From Nemertoderma westbladi (taxonomy: Eukaryota > Animalia > Xenacoelomorpha), in contig JAUCBJ010007143.1 in the NCBI GenBank assembly GCA_032718475.1, positions 1 through 45,667 on the forward strand: a DNA stretch of 45,667 nucleotides, in the 5' to 3' direction. The notes under the pieces were generated by a model. The model was not told the DNA's origin. It worked only from the letters and a program-made list of their open reading frames with translations, and did no database searches. A program made the translations under genes and the position numbers. Below are positions 23,177 through 36,105 of the stretch, in pieces; the stretch's first letter is position 1, and every line of letters begins with the position of its first letter.

Positions 23177-24800
23177 ATCTGCTATCTGAGTTTATTAATA
23201 TTAGTATGAGTCAATATTTAGGCAAGCGGGCGTCGCTACCTACTAGTCTTTGACCCCGGACAGTGGGTTTCTCAGCGCCGATGTACCGTTGTCGCGGTGT
23301 TTGCGCCAACATGTAGCAACAGCACGACAACGATAATCGACACAAGTCCCACCACTGTCCGTCCCAAAGGCTTGAATCCACTTGAGGTTATCTCGGTAGA
23401 GTTAGGCTACTTTACAATTGCGATTAGCTACTGTAAACACACTTTAGTAGTATCATTCACCTATAAACGCACAAATTCCATACAATCATTACTTACTGCA
23501 CACATGCAAGCCATTTTGTCCGTTAGTCATTGTCTTCCAGAATGTCACGTTATTACTATGTATCCTTGGATACTAATAGTGCGCTATGTATTCTCTTATG
23601 CTACGCAATGGGGCAAGCCTTTATTGTTCCTTTTAACTTGCTTCTAATTCTAGCGTGGGTGTTGCCATGGTGACATTATGGAAAACTAGCGGTAGAATTA
23701 GGGTAATTCTCATGCATACAGATCTGGGATGTTATTTAATAGTAATTCTTTAATTGTCAATATCCTCTCTATGCATGATTTTATAAATTTTATCGGCTAT
23801 TGACTATATGTTGGAGATTCTCACACTCTAGTACACTCAATATGAATCTCCGCTCCCATGATCTATTAATTACTGGAATTTTGGGAATGTTATAAATTGT
23901 ACAAAATGACAATTTATGAAATTCATTTGAATATGAATTTAAATTTATTCCCGTGAATTTTATTATTTGATGTTAAATTGACAAAAAATTTTATTCCAGA
24001 GCATATCTGGGGACTTAGGATCCTTAATTCTATAAAATAGTCCTTCTAAGAATATCGGTAAATACTGCGATATCTTAATTGACTAGAAATTTTAAAGGAT
24101 CGGGATTTTACAGATTTTAACAAAATATTAAATTAATATTTAGGATGGGCACCGATTTATTCCAGAACTTGTCTGGGGACGTTAACCACTGATTCTAGAA
24201 TTTGTCTTTCAAGTATATCGGTGGGTGCCACGATATCTTAATCGACTAGAATTACAGATGGTCAAAAGTTTAACAGATTTATTTGCGATTGACGCTACTG
24301 TTAGAGGGACATCACGCTACTATATGTATTATTTGTTATAAGGTAGAAGAGCAATATCGCACGAAGCAATGTCAGTGTGAAGAGGCAAGTCGTTTCCAAG
24401 GTCTACCCAGAGCTTGGTTTAGCCGAGACACGAGGATCTGAACTTTGCATTCCTAATACTCTGCCTACCAATAATACTTAAATATAGTAGTGGCTTTATT
24501 GTACTTTAATAAGTACTGACATGTCATCTTACTATAGTCTCGCATTTATAATATAATACGGACAGTAAGGAAAGAGAAAAATAATTATTTCTTGCCGTCG
24601 CACTAAATATATTATAAGTAATTAAGTACGTAATAAACACTAATATATTGCACTAATTTACTAAATAATCGCTAAAATAACATTCTACTAAATAAAATTA
24701 AAGAAAACGATTATGATAAAATTACGTAATAATACATACATAAATATAAAATAAAAAACAAATATAAAATGATATAGTCACACACCCACTCCATATGTTA

Positions 24801-27690
24801 TTACGTTATGGAGTCCCTAGATATTTGTCGGATTAGGGAAGTGGTCGTAGGAAGAGTGTCTTGCCTTCCATAGTTTCCGGACAGTTTTTGGTCTCTTTTC
24901 AGTAAACATAAACGACCAGCTGGGTGATTGGGTTGTCGTGTTACTTTCTCCGCTCCCTTGGCCTGTCTAATCTCAGCCGGGTTAAGGTGGGGAGGCCATT
25001 CATCTTCTTCTTTACTTAGGGAGTCGGGTCCACCTAACCAGCCGGGAGTATCTATCCGTTCTTGAGGAGTCGCTCCTCTGGAAGCGATGTCGGCTAGATT
25101 AATCATCTCGGGGCGATGTCTCCATTGATCTTCATTGGAGTTAATATCGTCATTATCTGAGGAGTATGGTGTTCCCTCAGTTAGTTCGTCCACTTCACTG
25201 CTCTCCACTTCCAAACCATTTATCTGGTATAGTCTTTCTGATGGTAGTCTCTCTTCGAGAGTTCTGCGGGAAGGACCAGTAAAGTACCAACCTACTCTAG
25301 TTCTTACCGCATAGGTTTGTAGTGGCTGCGGTTGAGCAGGTCGTTTTTCCAATGTCTCGAGCGCCTCGTGCGCGTTTTGGCCGATAAGTATTTGCACTCC
25401 AGGATAATCCGTCTGGAATCGAGGTATCTTAAGATGTTGGATGCTCTCATCCTCGTCCCAATTATAAAGGTCTGCTTGGGTAGTAGCGAAGTTCTTTATA
25501 GCCACCATTTTTACTGACCTTATACTTTGTGCTCCTAATTTATCCTGGGGGGTGGACAACGCACCTACATAGTAATCTGCCGTTATGGTAGATTTCCAAA
25601 CCTGTATAATTCCTGACATATTCAATTTAGTCCGGAACTTGGGTTGTCCAGCAAAGATATCTTCGGCTAGTTCTTGATCGATGAATGTTCCTGTGCTGCC
25701 GGAGTCAAGTAGGGCGTTCACTATGTAACTCTTGTTGGGACCATGAACTCGAACTTGCACTACAGGAAATTCTCTTATTCCTATGTTGGAAGTTGGAACT
25801 TTCCAAGATGGTTGTTTGTCAAAAGGAGTTGGAGTAAACTCGTCAGTGTCCTTTTCATCCGTAAGTGCTCGATACACTGTGGTATTTATTAGGTAACAGG
25901 ATTCGTTGGCGTCGGAGAATTCGTCCGTATAGAATCCTTCCCACTCAGAACTTTGGTCAGTGTCGTTCACATCACTGAATTGGACATGTGATTTGGGCTC
26001 ACTTACCTGACTCGGGCTGTTTCGTTCGAATTCACTTTGTAACAAGATGTGATGTTTCGCACCGCACTTTGCACACTTTATGTCGGAGTAACAGGTTCGC
26101 CGCTGGTGTCCGCGTCTGAGGCAATTATAGCATAACCGCTTGTCCCACACAACTGTACGTCTGTCTACAAGGGATTTCTTTAGGAATTCCGCACACGCAC
26201 TCAAACGGTGGGGTCCGTCGCACAGCGCACAGTTTGGTTTAATGTTACTCACTTTACCTTGGGTGACGTTATGCACTCTAGTTCTTTCTTCGGGCTTTCT
26301 TCCGTGTACTCCGTTAGGAAACTGAAGAGGAGTCTTATCAACCTGTTCTCTCCTGTCATGGGTTCGAGCTTTAGATTTACTTACGTTCTTTGAGGTCTTG
26401 TTAACATAGTAAAATTTCTCGGTGTCTTCCTCGCTGTCTTCTTCTTGAGAAGCTTGGCTTTCGCCGTCATCAGTATAACACACCGGTGTTACTCTTCTCC
26501 TAGAAACGGGTTTCTCACTTACCTTATTTTCCGGTGTTTTCTCTCTGGATTGCTTTAGGAGTTGTAATTTCACTTCGCCATCCAAGAATGACATGAGATC
26601 AGCCATGGTAGGGTCTCGTTGTTGTTGTTCCATCGTATATAACACCTTCTTGTCCCAGCGTGTACCTACTCCACCCTTGGGCAAAGTAGATGCTAAGGCT
26701 CCTACAACCATAGAATTCTGGTATTCATGAGACTTACCTAACCAATCTAGTTGTCTACAGATCTCCTGAATCTCATCGGAAAACTCTATAATCCCGCTGC
26801 TAAGAAACTTTCGGGGGGCCATTAATTTCGCATATAAATACCTAGCTATGTTATTCCTATTACCATACCTGATGTTTAGTGTATCCCAAACTTGTCTTAA
26901 TCCATCTGGATGTCCATTAAATTTTAACGCCATTGACTTGGGAGGTCCTTCCAAGCACTCGATGAGGAATCTAAGTTTCTCTCCGTTGGATAACACAGAG
27001 TTCTGTATGTTATCTCTATAATATTCATTAAAAGGTAACCATTTCATCTCATCTCCATTGAACTTGACTATCTCTCCAACCTTTACCGCTTGACGGGCTT
27101 CGGTTCTAGCCATTTGACGCGTAAAACTTTCTTGGGCCATCGTGTTATTGAATATCGAGTTATCGGTATATAAATTTCTCGGATTATTATCAGGTCTATT
27201 GGGAATGTCATTAACAACAGGCGTATAATCACCCTTAATAGGGTTTGCTATAGGAGTTTCTACTTCACTAGCAGTATAGATGCGTGTAGGCTCCACACCT
27301 TGCGCATGTAATACTTCAGACCTAACAGGCTGACACAATGTTACAGGGGTTATTGGTATTCCCTTTTGTAGGTTGACTAATTTGTCGCATTCTAGTGCGA
27401 TACTTTGCTGCACCTTTTGCAACTCTAACCTACTTTCCCTTACTGTTCCCTTGAGCCGCTGAACAGTCTCTTCCATTTCCCGGACCTGCTGAGAGGAGCA
27501 CAAACAGTGTTCCCTCAGCTGCTCGAGCAGGAGACCCATCTCCCGTCGTCCCTCAGCTACCCACTCAACCGCCGAAGCGGGAGTCGCCAACGTAGTAGCG
27601 GGCTGACGCGGGACGACGGGAGACAAATTATTGATTTCTCTCTCTGCTATCTGGACAGGGGTATTTGCATGGACTGTTCCACCGGGTACA
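24801..27690 (-). pseudogene. gag: 5'-truncated Gag-protease ORF of copy 2 (frame still open)
   Basis: Same domains and stop as copy 1; the N-terminal ~430 aa are lost at the inversion junction. Confidence 0.88.
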
Positions 27691-28039
27691 TATAACAATT
27701 GCGATTTATATCAATGTGGTGTGTATTGAATCTAATGTTATTTAGTAGACACTACCTGAGTCAATTGCTGTTCTCTTTATGTGTGATCAAATATACTGAC
27801 GGTCGGCAGAATAGTGTGCATGATTGTGAGTGTGATGTGACTGGTAACAAAGCATTTCCTAAAGAATGCGACTTATACTTTAATCATAAGCCTTATCGTT
27901 GCGTTTAGTATAAGTCCTAGCTCTGTTTAAATAGATAGAGCGCCACGTCCTAAAGGAACTGTTAATATTTCCCGAAAGTTAATAATATCTGTCAGAAATT
28001 ACATATTAGTGATCTATCGAATAATACAATAGTTTTACA
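27690..28039 (+). repeat. Inverted 350-bp internal LTR fragment
   Basis: Reverse complement of 10518-10867 and 20793-21142; the same 69-aa ORF appears on the + strand. Confidence 0.95.
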
Positions 28040-29107
28040 ATGCATGCACTGGTACACATAGAAACAATGCATGTACTGGTACATATAGAAACATTACATG
28101 CACTGGTACACGTAGAAACAATGCATGCACTGGTACACATAGAAACAATGTATGCACTGGTACACATAGAACAATGCATACACTGGTTCACATAGAAACA
28201 ATGCATGCACTGGAACACATAGAAACAATGCATGCACTGGTACACATAGAAACAATGCATGCACTGGTACACATAGAAACAATGTATGCACTGGTACACA
28301 TAGAAACAATGCATGCACTGGTACACATAGAAACAATGTATGCACTGGTACACATAGAAACAATGCGTACACTGGTACACATACAAACAATGCGTACACT
28401 GGTTCACATATAAACAATGCATGCACTGGTACACATAGCACAATGCATACACTGGTTCACATAGAAACAATGCGTGCACTGGTACACATAGAAACAATGC
28501 GTACACTGGTACACATAGAAACAATGCGTACACTGGTACACATAGAAACAATGCATGCACTGGTACACATAGAAACAATGCATGCACTGGTTCACATAGA
28601 AGCAATGCGTGCACTGGTACACATAGAAACAATGCGTACACTGGTACACATAGAAACAATGCGTACACTGGTTCACATAGAAACAATGCATGCACTGGTA
28701 CACATAGAACAATGCATACACTGGTTCACATAGAAACAATGCATGCACTGGTACACATAGAAACAATGTATGCACTGGTACACATAGAACAATGCATGCA
28801 TGCACTGGTACACATAAAAACAATGCATGCATGCACTGGTACGCATAGAAACAATGAATGCATTGGAACACATAGAGCAATGCGTACACTGGTTCACATA
28901 GAAACAATGCATGCACTGGTACACATAGAAACAATGCACACGCACTGGTGCACATATAAACAATGTATGCACTGGTGCACATAGAAACAATGCATGCACT
29001 GGTACACTTAGAAACAATACATGCCCTGGTACACATAGAAACAATGCACGCACTGGTGCACATATAAACAATGCATGCACTGGTACACATAGAAACAATG
29101 CATGCAC
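28040..29107. repeat. 27-bp minisatellite, right part (~39 units)
   Basis: Same unit and orientation as 9932-10303. Confidence 0.97.
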
Positions 29108-29330
29108 ATAGCGTGTAAGCGAGCTTAGCATACGGGTACCACTAACTCAATCGGTGTGACGTTCGTTCTGTTGTTCTGTCGTTCTGTTGTGTTTAATTTT
29201 AAACGTTAATAACTCAGTCAAAAGTTAATGAAATTTATCCACACTTGGTTCACATGAGCGTACAGATATTATTAACAGATAATTAGTCTGGCAAAAGTTT
29301 AGAAATTTTCCAAGTTGAGTTTCCGTGTTG
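29108..29330 (+). mobile_element. Possible Helentron/HINE-like non-autonomous fragment
   Basis: GTTCTGT-type microsatellite followed by TTAATAACTC..AAATTT..ACTTGG, resembling DINE/HINE layouts; pattern recognition only. Confidence 0.3.
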
Positions 29331-32300
29331 CCTTCGAGAAGCTAAGATAATAACAGTTAATTAGTTAATTATATTGATTAGGGTAAAAACAGCATTTTCA
29401 ACCTGCCTCTTAAAGGATATTAATTATTTTCTAGTATAAGATTTAAATAATTATACTTAAAAATTATACAACTGTATTCCCCATACCCAATTCCATTATA
29501 GTTTTTAATTAGTTCAAGAGATTTGCTTTAAGAAATGGGTTTGTAATTGATCTAAACGTAATTAACTTATTAAAATACCCCGTCTCCACCTATAGCTCCC
29601 TCCTCCTTGCAATAGCAAGCATGCCTAGCATGCCTAGCCTGGAAGGGGAACCAGTCCAACAACACCTCACCTCTACCCAAAGGCAGCATTGTATTGAGCC
29701 AGACTAATAAGCCAGCTTGGTTATTCTGTTTAGCTTACAAAATGATTGGCCGAGTACTTAATCATGATTCTTTAGAATAATTAGCTAAATAATTTCGTTG
29801 AGGTGTTGACATGATAAATTAATATCTCAGTATCAATACTATCGGCATAAGGTAAGTTTTATATTTCTTACAAATTGGGTCGCCTCCACGCCTAAAATAT
29901 TTAATATATTACTTTATGAGTTTAACATGTTACCAATAACATGAGTTTATTGATTTCTTTGTTGGTTAAGTAAATTAAATAATATGCGATCTTTAATTAT
30001 TTTTGCTAGAAATTTGTGCTGTTTGTATATTTGTGAATCGCTTCCAGTTGTATTTTGTGTTATATTAAAAATAAATATAACATATTACTTTTAAAACACA
30101 AATTTTATGTTAATTCCTCTGCCTTTCATCAATCCTGTGTGCGCCTTTGGGTTGGAGTGGTGCAGATTAAGAGGGAGGTTAAGAGATGGGGGGGGGGGGG
30201 GGGGGGGGGGGTTGTGGCGGCTTTTCCCTCTCTTTGATTTACTTATGTTTGGTTAAATTTCTTAGATAGGCCTACCGAGTTTGTGATACAGTACAATCGC
30301 TCAATATTTTCTGTATCCCATAACTGAGCCTCGTGCTACGCGAAGGCCCCACGAACTTGTCCGGTCTTCGTACAGTAGTTCCAGTTCGGATGTCTACTGT
30401 ACGTACAGATGTCCTTAGCTTATAATACTGTATCTACCTTTTCGTCTTAGTCAATCTCACTCTGGTCTCGACCAGGGATCCTGCTCGAACAAGGGTGGCA
30501 ATGGATAATATTTCCCGTTAAAATTTGAATTCAAGATATGAAAAATATACTTTTATTCTGATGCAAATCCGGATCCACTTAATATTTTGATGATAAAGCG
30601 ATGAAACTAACTCCTCATCCCCCCACCCCTCCCTACCCCAACGCAACCTCGAATTAATTCCCTGTTAGAAAAATAACATCCATTGACTAATATGGGGAGG
30701 AACTCGTGAGTCGTGACTCAATCTAATTTAAAATCCATCCTTCTCAATGGGGAAATCTACGTAAATAACAGCTGATTTATGAACAAAAATGAAACTGTCG
30801 CCTGTTCTTTTGACTCCTGCTTATTGTTTTGTTTTGAATAACGTGCCATATTAAACTGCTCCGTTCCGTAATTGATATTGAACGATGTTACTGTAGAATA
30901 TATATTAATATTCCCCACCCTTTTCCTGCACAATAAATGATCATAATTTGTCAGTTATACACCCCCATTGCATAAAAAAAGTATAATTGATAATAATAAT
31001 AATTGATATTGACAGTATGGTGTATGATTGATATTACAGTATGGTGTCGGTTATATTCTAATGTACATGTACTGTATATGTATATACACTATTACTGTAT
31101 ATATGTATACTGTATATACATCATACTGTATATGTATTATTCTAACACTCTGAACAGCTAAACATTAACCGTTAGATCGCGATGTCCAGACTTCAAACCA
31201 CAGACCATCTCTTTATTTATCATAATATCTGGTTTTCTTCTATAATGTTTATTTAGTTTCATTTGGCTTGGAAGATAAAATCAATAATTATGCAAATAAT
31301 CCAGGCTTTACATAAATGATTGTATAACGCTGATCGACCGTTAATGCGCCACTCATAAGACAAAGTCTCAGTCTGGACTAGGGGACATGCCTGTCTACGT
31401 CTACAGTAGATACTGTAGTTAGACGGCCATGTACTGTATGGTGGTTCTGTAGTTAGGCGGCCTTGTACTTTATGGTGGATACAGCTGGTAGTTCACTTTA
31501 CTACGAAATTGAATGGAACATAAAATGTGATTAAATTGTATTTCTTTTAAATTTTCACCTGATGTACTGTCTGATTTCTGTGGGGCGAGTCAATCCTGCG
31601 AGCCATCAGCGAACTGTTGTAATTATTATATGGCCGTTTTCTTCTGCCGTTTTCAATAATTGTCGGAAGCCAAGATATAACTAGCCATAGTATAATTATT
31701 GTATTATTATTATTATTATTGTTCTCTAAGGTGGCTTGCTGTTATTGATGCTCGAAGGCCCCACCCCACTAGAGTCTTATATCATGTACGTGTATATTGG
31801 CAGATATTAATTCGTTTATTGTTTTGATTAGTGTAAAAACCTGGTATTATTCAAATAGGGTAAACTGTAAATAATTAACAGCGGAAATCTGGTTTTTTAC
31901 ACAAAGGGGCATAGTTTGGTAAGTATGGTTCCAAGAAACAATGGTATTATTACTATATTATCTAGTTTTCGACCTCAAAAAATGTACTGTATCAAATACC
32001 ACCTGTAGATTTACAATGTTTGCCACTTTATCTACCGAAAGCAAATCCTAAATGAATTAATGGCGGCCGTGGGATCATTTCGCCGGATTTGGTGGAAACT
32101 AAGTCGAGGTGGAAACCTCGCGCTTCCAATCATTATTCATCAACGGGATCCCGTTCTCGAATCTTCGCCCTCCTAGTTAAGTATCATTTTAGATATATTA
32201 GCAGGTATCAGTGGCATGTTTTTCTAACCAAAACAATAACCGAAAGTCAATAGCATAGGTTGCACTTTCATTTTTTGGTCATAATCAGATACACAAATAT

Positions 32301-33259
32301 AATAACCGAATTAAGTTGTAAAATTGGCGAAAATTTGCGAAGGTGAAGAATGGATGGAGGTGAATTATGTGAATGTGAATGTGGCTAGTTTCCACTCCTA
32401 ATGCTGGTAGGGCTAGTGTTTAGGGGCTTTTCCTGATGACACGCCCCCCCCTAATTCGAGTAGAATTCAATTCCCAACCACGTGGAAATTGTCCTCAATG
32501 CCCTTGATGATTAACTGATAACCAGACTACAATTTCGTGGAAATGTAACAACTACGTAGGCCTATCATATCATTTCATATAGTCATGTGCCGATCACGAA
32601 GTTACCTCGTGCTGCTATTGTTGTCATAACCTTTATCTCTTGTTGAGATAATGTAATACTAATTACTAATTACCATGGCATTAAATTATTCAGAAAATGC
32701 AATAGTAGGCCTACTACACTAGGTATTTATACAGATTCAAAGCGATATTATTACATAATTAGAACCCAGTAAATTATTACGTTTTATCTTTAATTTTTCA
32801 TTTTCAGTTAAATTAATTTTTAACTTTCATTAATGGTTTATACTGTACCAAATCGAAATCACTGTAAATAACTATAGAATTGTGATGAAAATGCTATAAT
32901 GAGCTGTGCTAAAATGCAACAGTTCTAACACTCAATAAAGTTTATACATTATGGCTTCTTACTGTCTTTATGATTATGTATGTGTACGTAACGTTTATGC
33001 GTACATACTGTACATACAATAGGCAATAGTTTATCGTAACTTTATTGGTATGGATATACTGTATGATTGTTTTAATAGACCATTATATTTTTATGAGCAA
33101 ATCTTATTATTGGTTTAGTTTGGTTGTTTGTTTACTCTTTTTTTAAGTGCAATATTAAATACCTATTTATTCTATAATCAAATTACATAATCTATTTATT
33201 TATTTATTATTTGAATAGAATAAATTAAATTAACATTATTAAATTTTATTATGTTTTCA

Positions 33260-33341
33260 CTACGTGGGCGTGGGGCTAATGATAACCAGAGCGGTAGCAG
33301 CTGTAGTGCAGAGTTCGAGTACAATAATAAGAAAAGTAAGT
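33260..33341 (+). promoter_or_regulatory. Candidate proximal promoter and non-coding first exon of the LC3-like gene
   Basis: GC box GGGCGTGGGG follows an AT-rich tract, then a donor-like AAA|GTAAGT at 33336. Confidence 0.4.
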
Positions 33342-34097
33342 TAGTTTATTATCACTTAGTTGGTTTACTGTAGTTCGTGTTACTTTTGGGGTCCTTCTGT
33401 CACTTTTGAAGTTACAATTTCTTCTATACTGTATTTGGCTGTTTGTTGCAGGTTTTTTTTCTTGAAAATATTTACCGCGAAGAGTTTCTAAATGGTTAGA
33501 AAAAATTTAGAAAGTCTCAATTTTGTTTAGAAAACCTAAATAATTTGCCCAGCGTGGCGAATTTGAAAGGTTAATTTTGAAAAGTGAAAAGAAGGGCATA
33601 TTTACTACTGCTGTATATTGCTTGTTTCTACTTTCAAGCTTGCTTGTTTTCTGCGTGCAGTACATCCTGTATTTTTTTTAAATATGATCGAAATAAATCT
33701 AAATATTAAACTAATTAGCCTTCTACCCTATTTAATACAGCTTTGGTAAATTAATTGCGAAGCAATTAATATTCCACATCATTGGGTGTGAGTTTTGACA
33801 GTACAAAGTGCCTTATAAAAAATTATGGGAATGTCAGTGAAACACTCTTAGACTGTAATGATTGAACACAGTCTATTTCAATCAACTTACTTAGAAACAA
33901 TACCGGTACCACAAACGAGTGTGATATTATGGAAAGCTGGTACAAGAATTGAAGCTGATGGAGATGAATCAGATTGAATCAGATTTCCAACTGGTTTGTT
34001 CTGAATTTTCACGAAATAATGTACGATGGTAAACGATGATTAAGTATTTTACTAAGTGCATCGATTCAGATTCATTTCCCAATTTCTTCAATTGTTC

Positions 34098-34685
34098 AAA
34101 AATATATATGTATTATTTGTATATACTTTGTTACAAAAATATATATGTATTATTTGTATATACTTTGTTACAAAATATATATGTATTATTTGTATATACT
34201 TTGTTACAAAAATATATATGTATTATTTGTATATATTTTATTACAAAAATATAAATGTATTATTTGTATATACTTTGTTACAAAAATATATATGTATTAT
34301 TTGTATATACTTTGTTACAAAATATATATGTATTATTTGTATATACTTTGTTACAAAATATATATGTATTATTTGTATATACTTTGTTACAAAAATATAT
34401 ATGTTTTATTTGTATATATTTTATTACAAAAATATAAATGTATTATTTGTATATACTTTGTTACAAAAATATATATGTATTATTTGTATATACTTTGTTA
34501 CAAAATATATATGTATTATTTGTATATACTTTGTTACAAAAATATATATGTATTATTTGTATATATTTTATTACAAAAATATATATGTATTATTTGTATA
34601 TACTTTGTTACAAAAATATATATGTATTATTTGTATATACTTTGTTACAAAATATATATGTATTATTTGTATATACTTTGTTACA
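34098..34685. repeat. 36/37-bp AT-rich minisatellite (~16 units)
   Basis: Unit AAAATATATATGTATTATTTGTATATACTTTGTTAC; ends directly at the acceptor ATTTTAG. Confidence 0.97.
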
Positions 34686-34711
34686 TTTTAGAATCTTGGA
34701 TCGAGCAAAAG

Positions 34712-35086
34712 ATGCCGAGTTCGAAACCGGAGCATAAAACATTCCGACAACGGAAAACCTTCGCAGTTCGGAAGGACGAGGCCTCGGGAATCAGGGCGAA
34801 GTTCCCGACCAAAGTTCCCGTTATTGTGGAACGCTACTCCAAGGAGAAAGCGCTGCCCCCTCTGGATAAAACAAAGTTTCTGGTTCCGCAAGAATTGACA
34901 ATGACACAGTTCCAGACCATCATCCGAAACCGCATGCAACTCAACCAAAGCCAATCACTATACCTGATAATCGGTAATAAAACCATAACAACACAGACAA
35001 CCACATTAGCCGAGGTCTACAAAGATGAGAAAGACGATGACGGCTTCCTCTACATGAACTACGCCTCCCAAGAAATGTTCGGCTAA
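34712..35086 (+). CDS. MAP1LC3C: ATG8-family ubiquitin-like autophagy protein, MAP1LC3 (LC3C-like), 124 aa
   Basis: FRQRKTFAVR..IRAKFPTKVPVIVERY..LPPLDKTKFLVPQELTM..IIRNRM..YKDEKDDDGFLYMNYASQEMFG; good Kozak context (AAGATG); acceptor TTTTAG at 34686-34691. The family call is secure; the C-paralog label is less so. Confidence 0.93.
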   Translation: MPSSKPEHKTFRQRKTFAVRKDEASGIRAKFPTKVPVIVERYSKEKALPPLDKTKFLVPQELTMTQFQTIIRNRMQLNQSQSLYLIIGNKTITTQTTTLAEVYKDEKDDDGFLYMNYASQEMFG

Positions 35087-35524
35087 GTTACTTATAATCC
35101 CGAAGAATCTTTTAGTGAATTTGTTAATAGCCCATTAAAAATATTAATATTATTCTTTATTATTTTATAACACTACGAAGAGTAATATTAAGTTTCAATA
35201 TAAAAGTAGGAATACATAAACACTTTATGTAAAATGTCCCCATTTGATTATAATATTGTATATATACCGGTTAAACAATAATAACTGTTCAGTATTTTTG
35301 GTGATCTTATGGTGCAAACTTTTATCACCTTTTACAACCGTTTTTTCCATTGTGTGTGTATGTGTGGTTCTTGTTATAATCTCTGTTTATTACAAGTTCA
35401 TGCACTTATTTGAGGGAATTGTCCCCGGTATATTGGATTGACCGTTTTGCCACGTTACATCGGGCTAAAACCTAAAAAGCGTTATGTATGGTTAGCACTA
35501 AGTTATATATATATATCAATCATA

Positions 35525-35530
35525 AATAAA
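35525..35530 (+). terminator. Candidate polyadenylation signal of the LC3-like gene
   Basis: AATAAA ~440 nt after the stop, followed by T-rich sequence. Confidence 0.4.
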
Positions 35531-36105
35531 TCATATATATTTTAATACGTTTCTGTTATTAACTTATTCTATTGTCCATCATGTTAATGTCCAGTTTACA
35601 TTCATTTCAATTATGGAGTTGTATAATATTCGATTAGGTCTATATTGTAGGTTAGGTTTATGTGTCATACAGTAGGCCTATGTCTGTCAGCTTAAAGTAG
35701 TACGATTTCCAGAAAGAGCATGTTGTACTGGTATTAGCAAATAATTAATTGTTATTTTTCTGGAATATCAGTTCAGTATACAGTATGCATACCTCCACGA
35801 CTTTCTCGACAATAGAGTTTCTATTTTAATTTATAATTAAGTGCTACAACAATTTTTAATAAATTGTGTCATATTTGCCCGTATCCATGACAACTCTCTA
35901 CAGCTGGTAATCGACCATATTGAATCCAATGCGATACTTGGATGGGTGGCTGATGAAACCATCTTAGCTCCCGCCTAATCACAGATTATCGCTAAAATCA
36001 TTAGCAATTTTGGGTTGTTATTTTATTCTTTCTATGTAATTTTTCCTAGCAGCCCTTTTTACCGGATTTGTCATATGAACGTGTATCTTATCGTTGTAAT
36101 GTAGG

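Larger units (their letters stand above)
21435..27690 (-). mobile_element. BEL/Pao element copy 2, internal region, 5'-truncated
   Basis: Colinear with 11163-17371 and breaks off at CCGGGTACA. Confidence 0.93.

Noticed and set aside
27691-27698. Start codon of the 965-aa ORF
   Set aside because: A TTG created by the inversion junction; not the native gag start.
10299-28044. TSD for the composite insertion, or a DIRS-like inverted-LTR element
   Set aside because: The flanks CATGA and ATGCA do not match; the inverted piece is LTR-internal; no tyrosine recombinase is present.
28006-29131. Cys/His-rich ORFs on both strands (also 9832-10303)
   Set aside because: Stop-free frames of the 27-bp repeat.
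34145-34711. N-terminal extension making a 313-aa LC3
   Set aside because: Derived from the intronic AT-rich minisatellite; the acceptor at 34691 and ATG at 34712 give a normal-length LC3.
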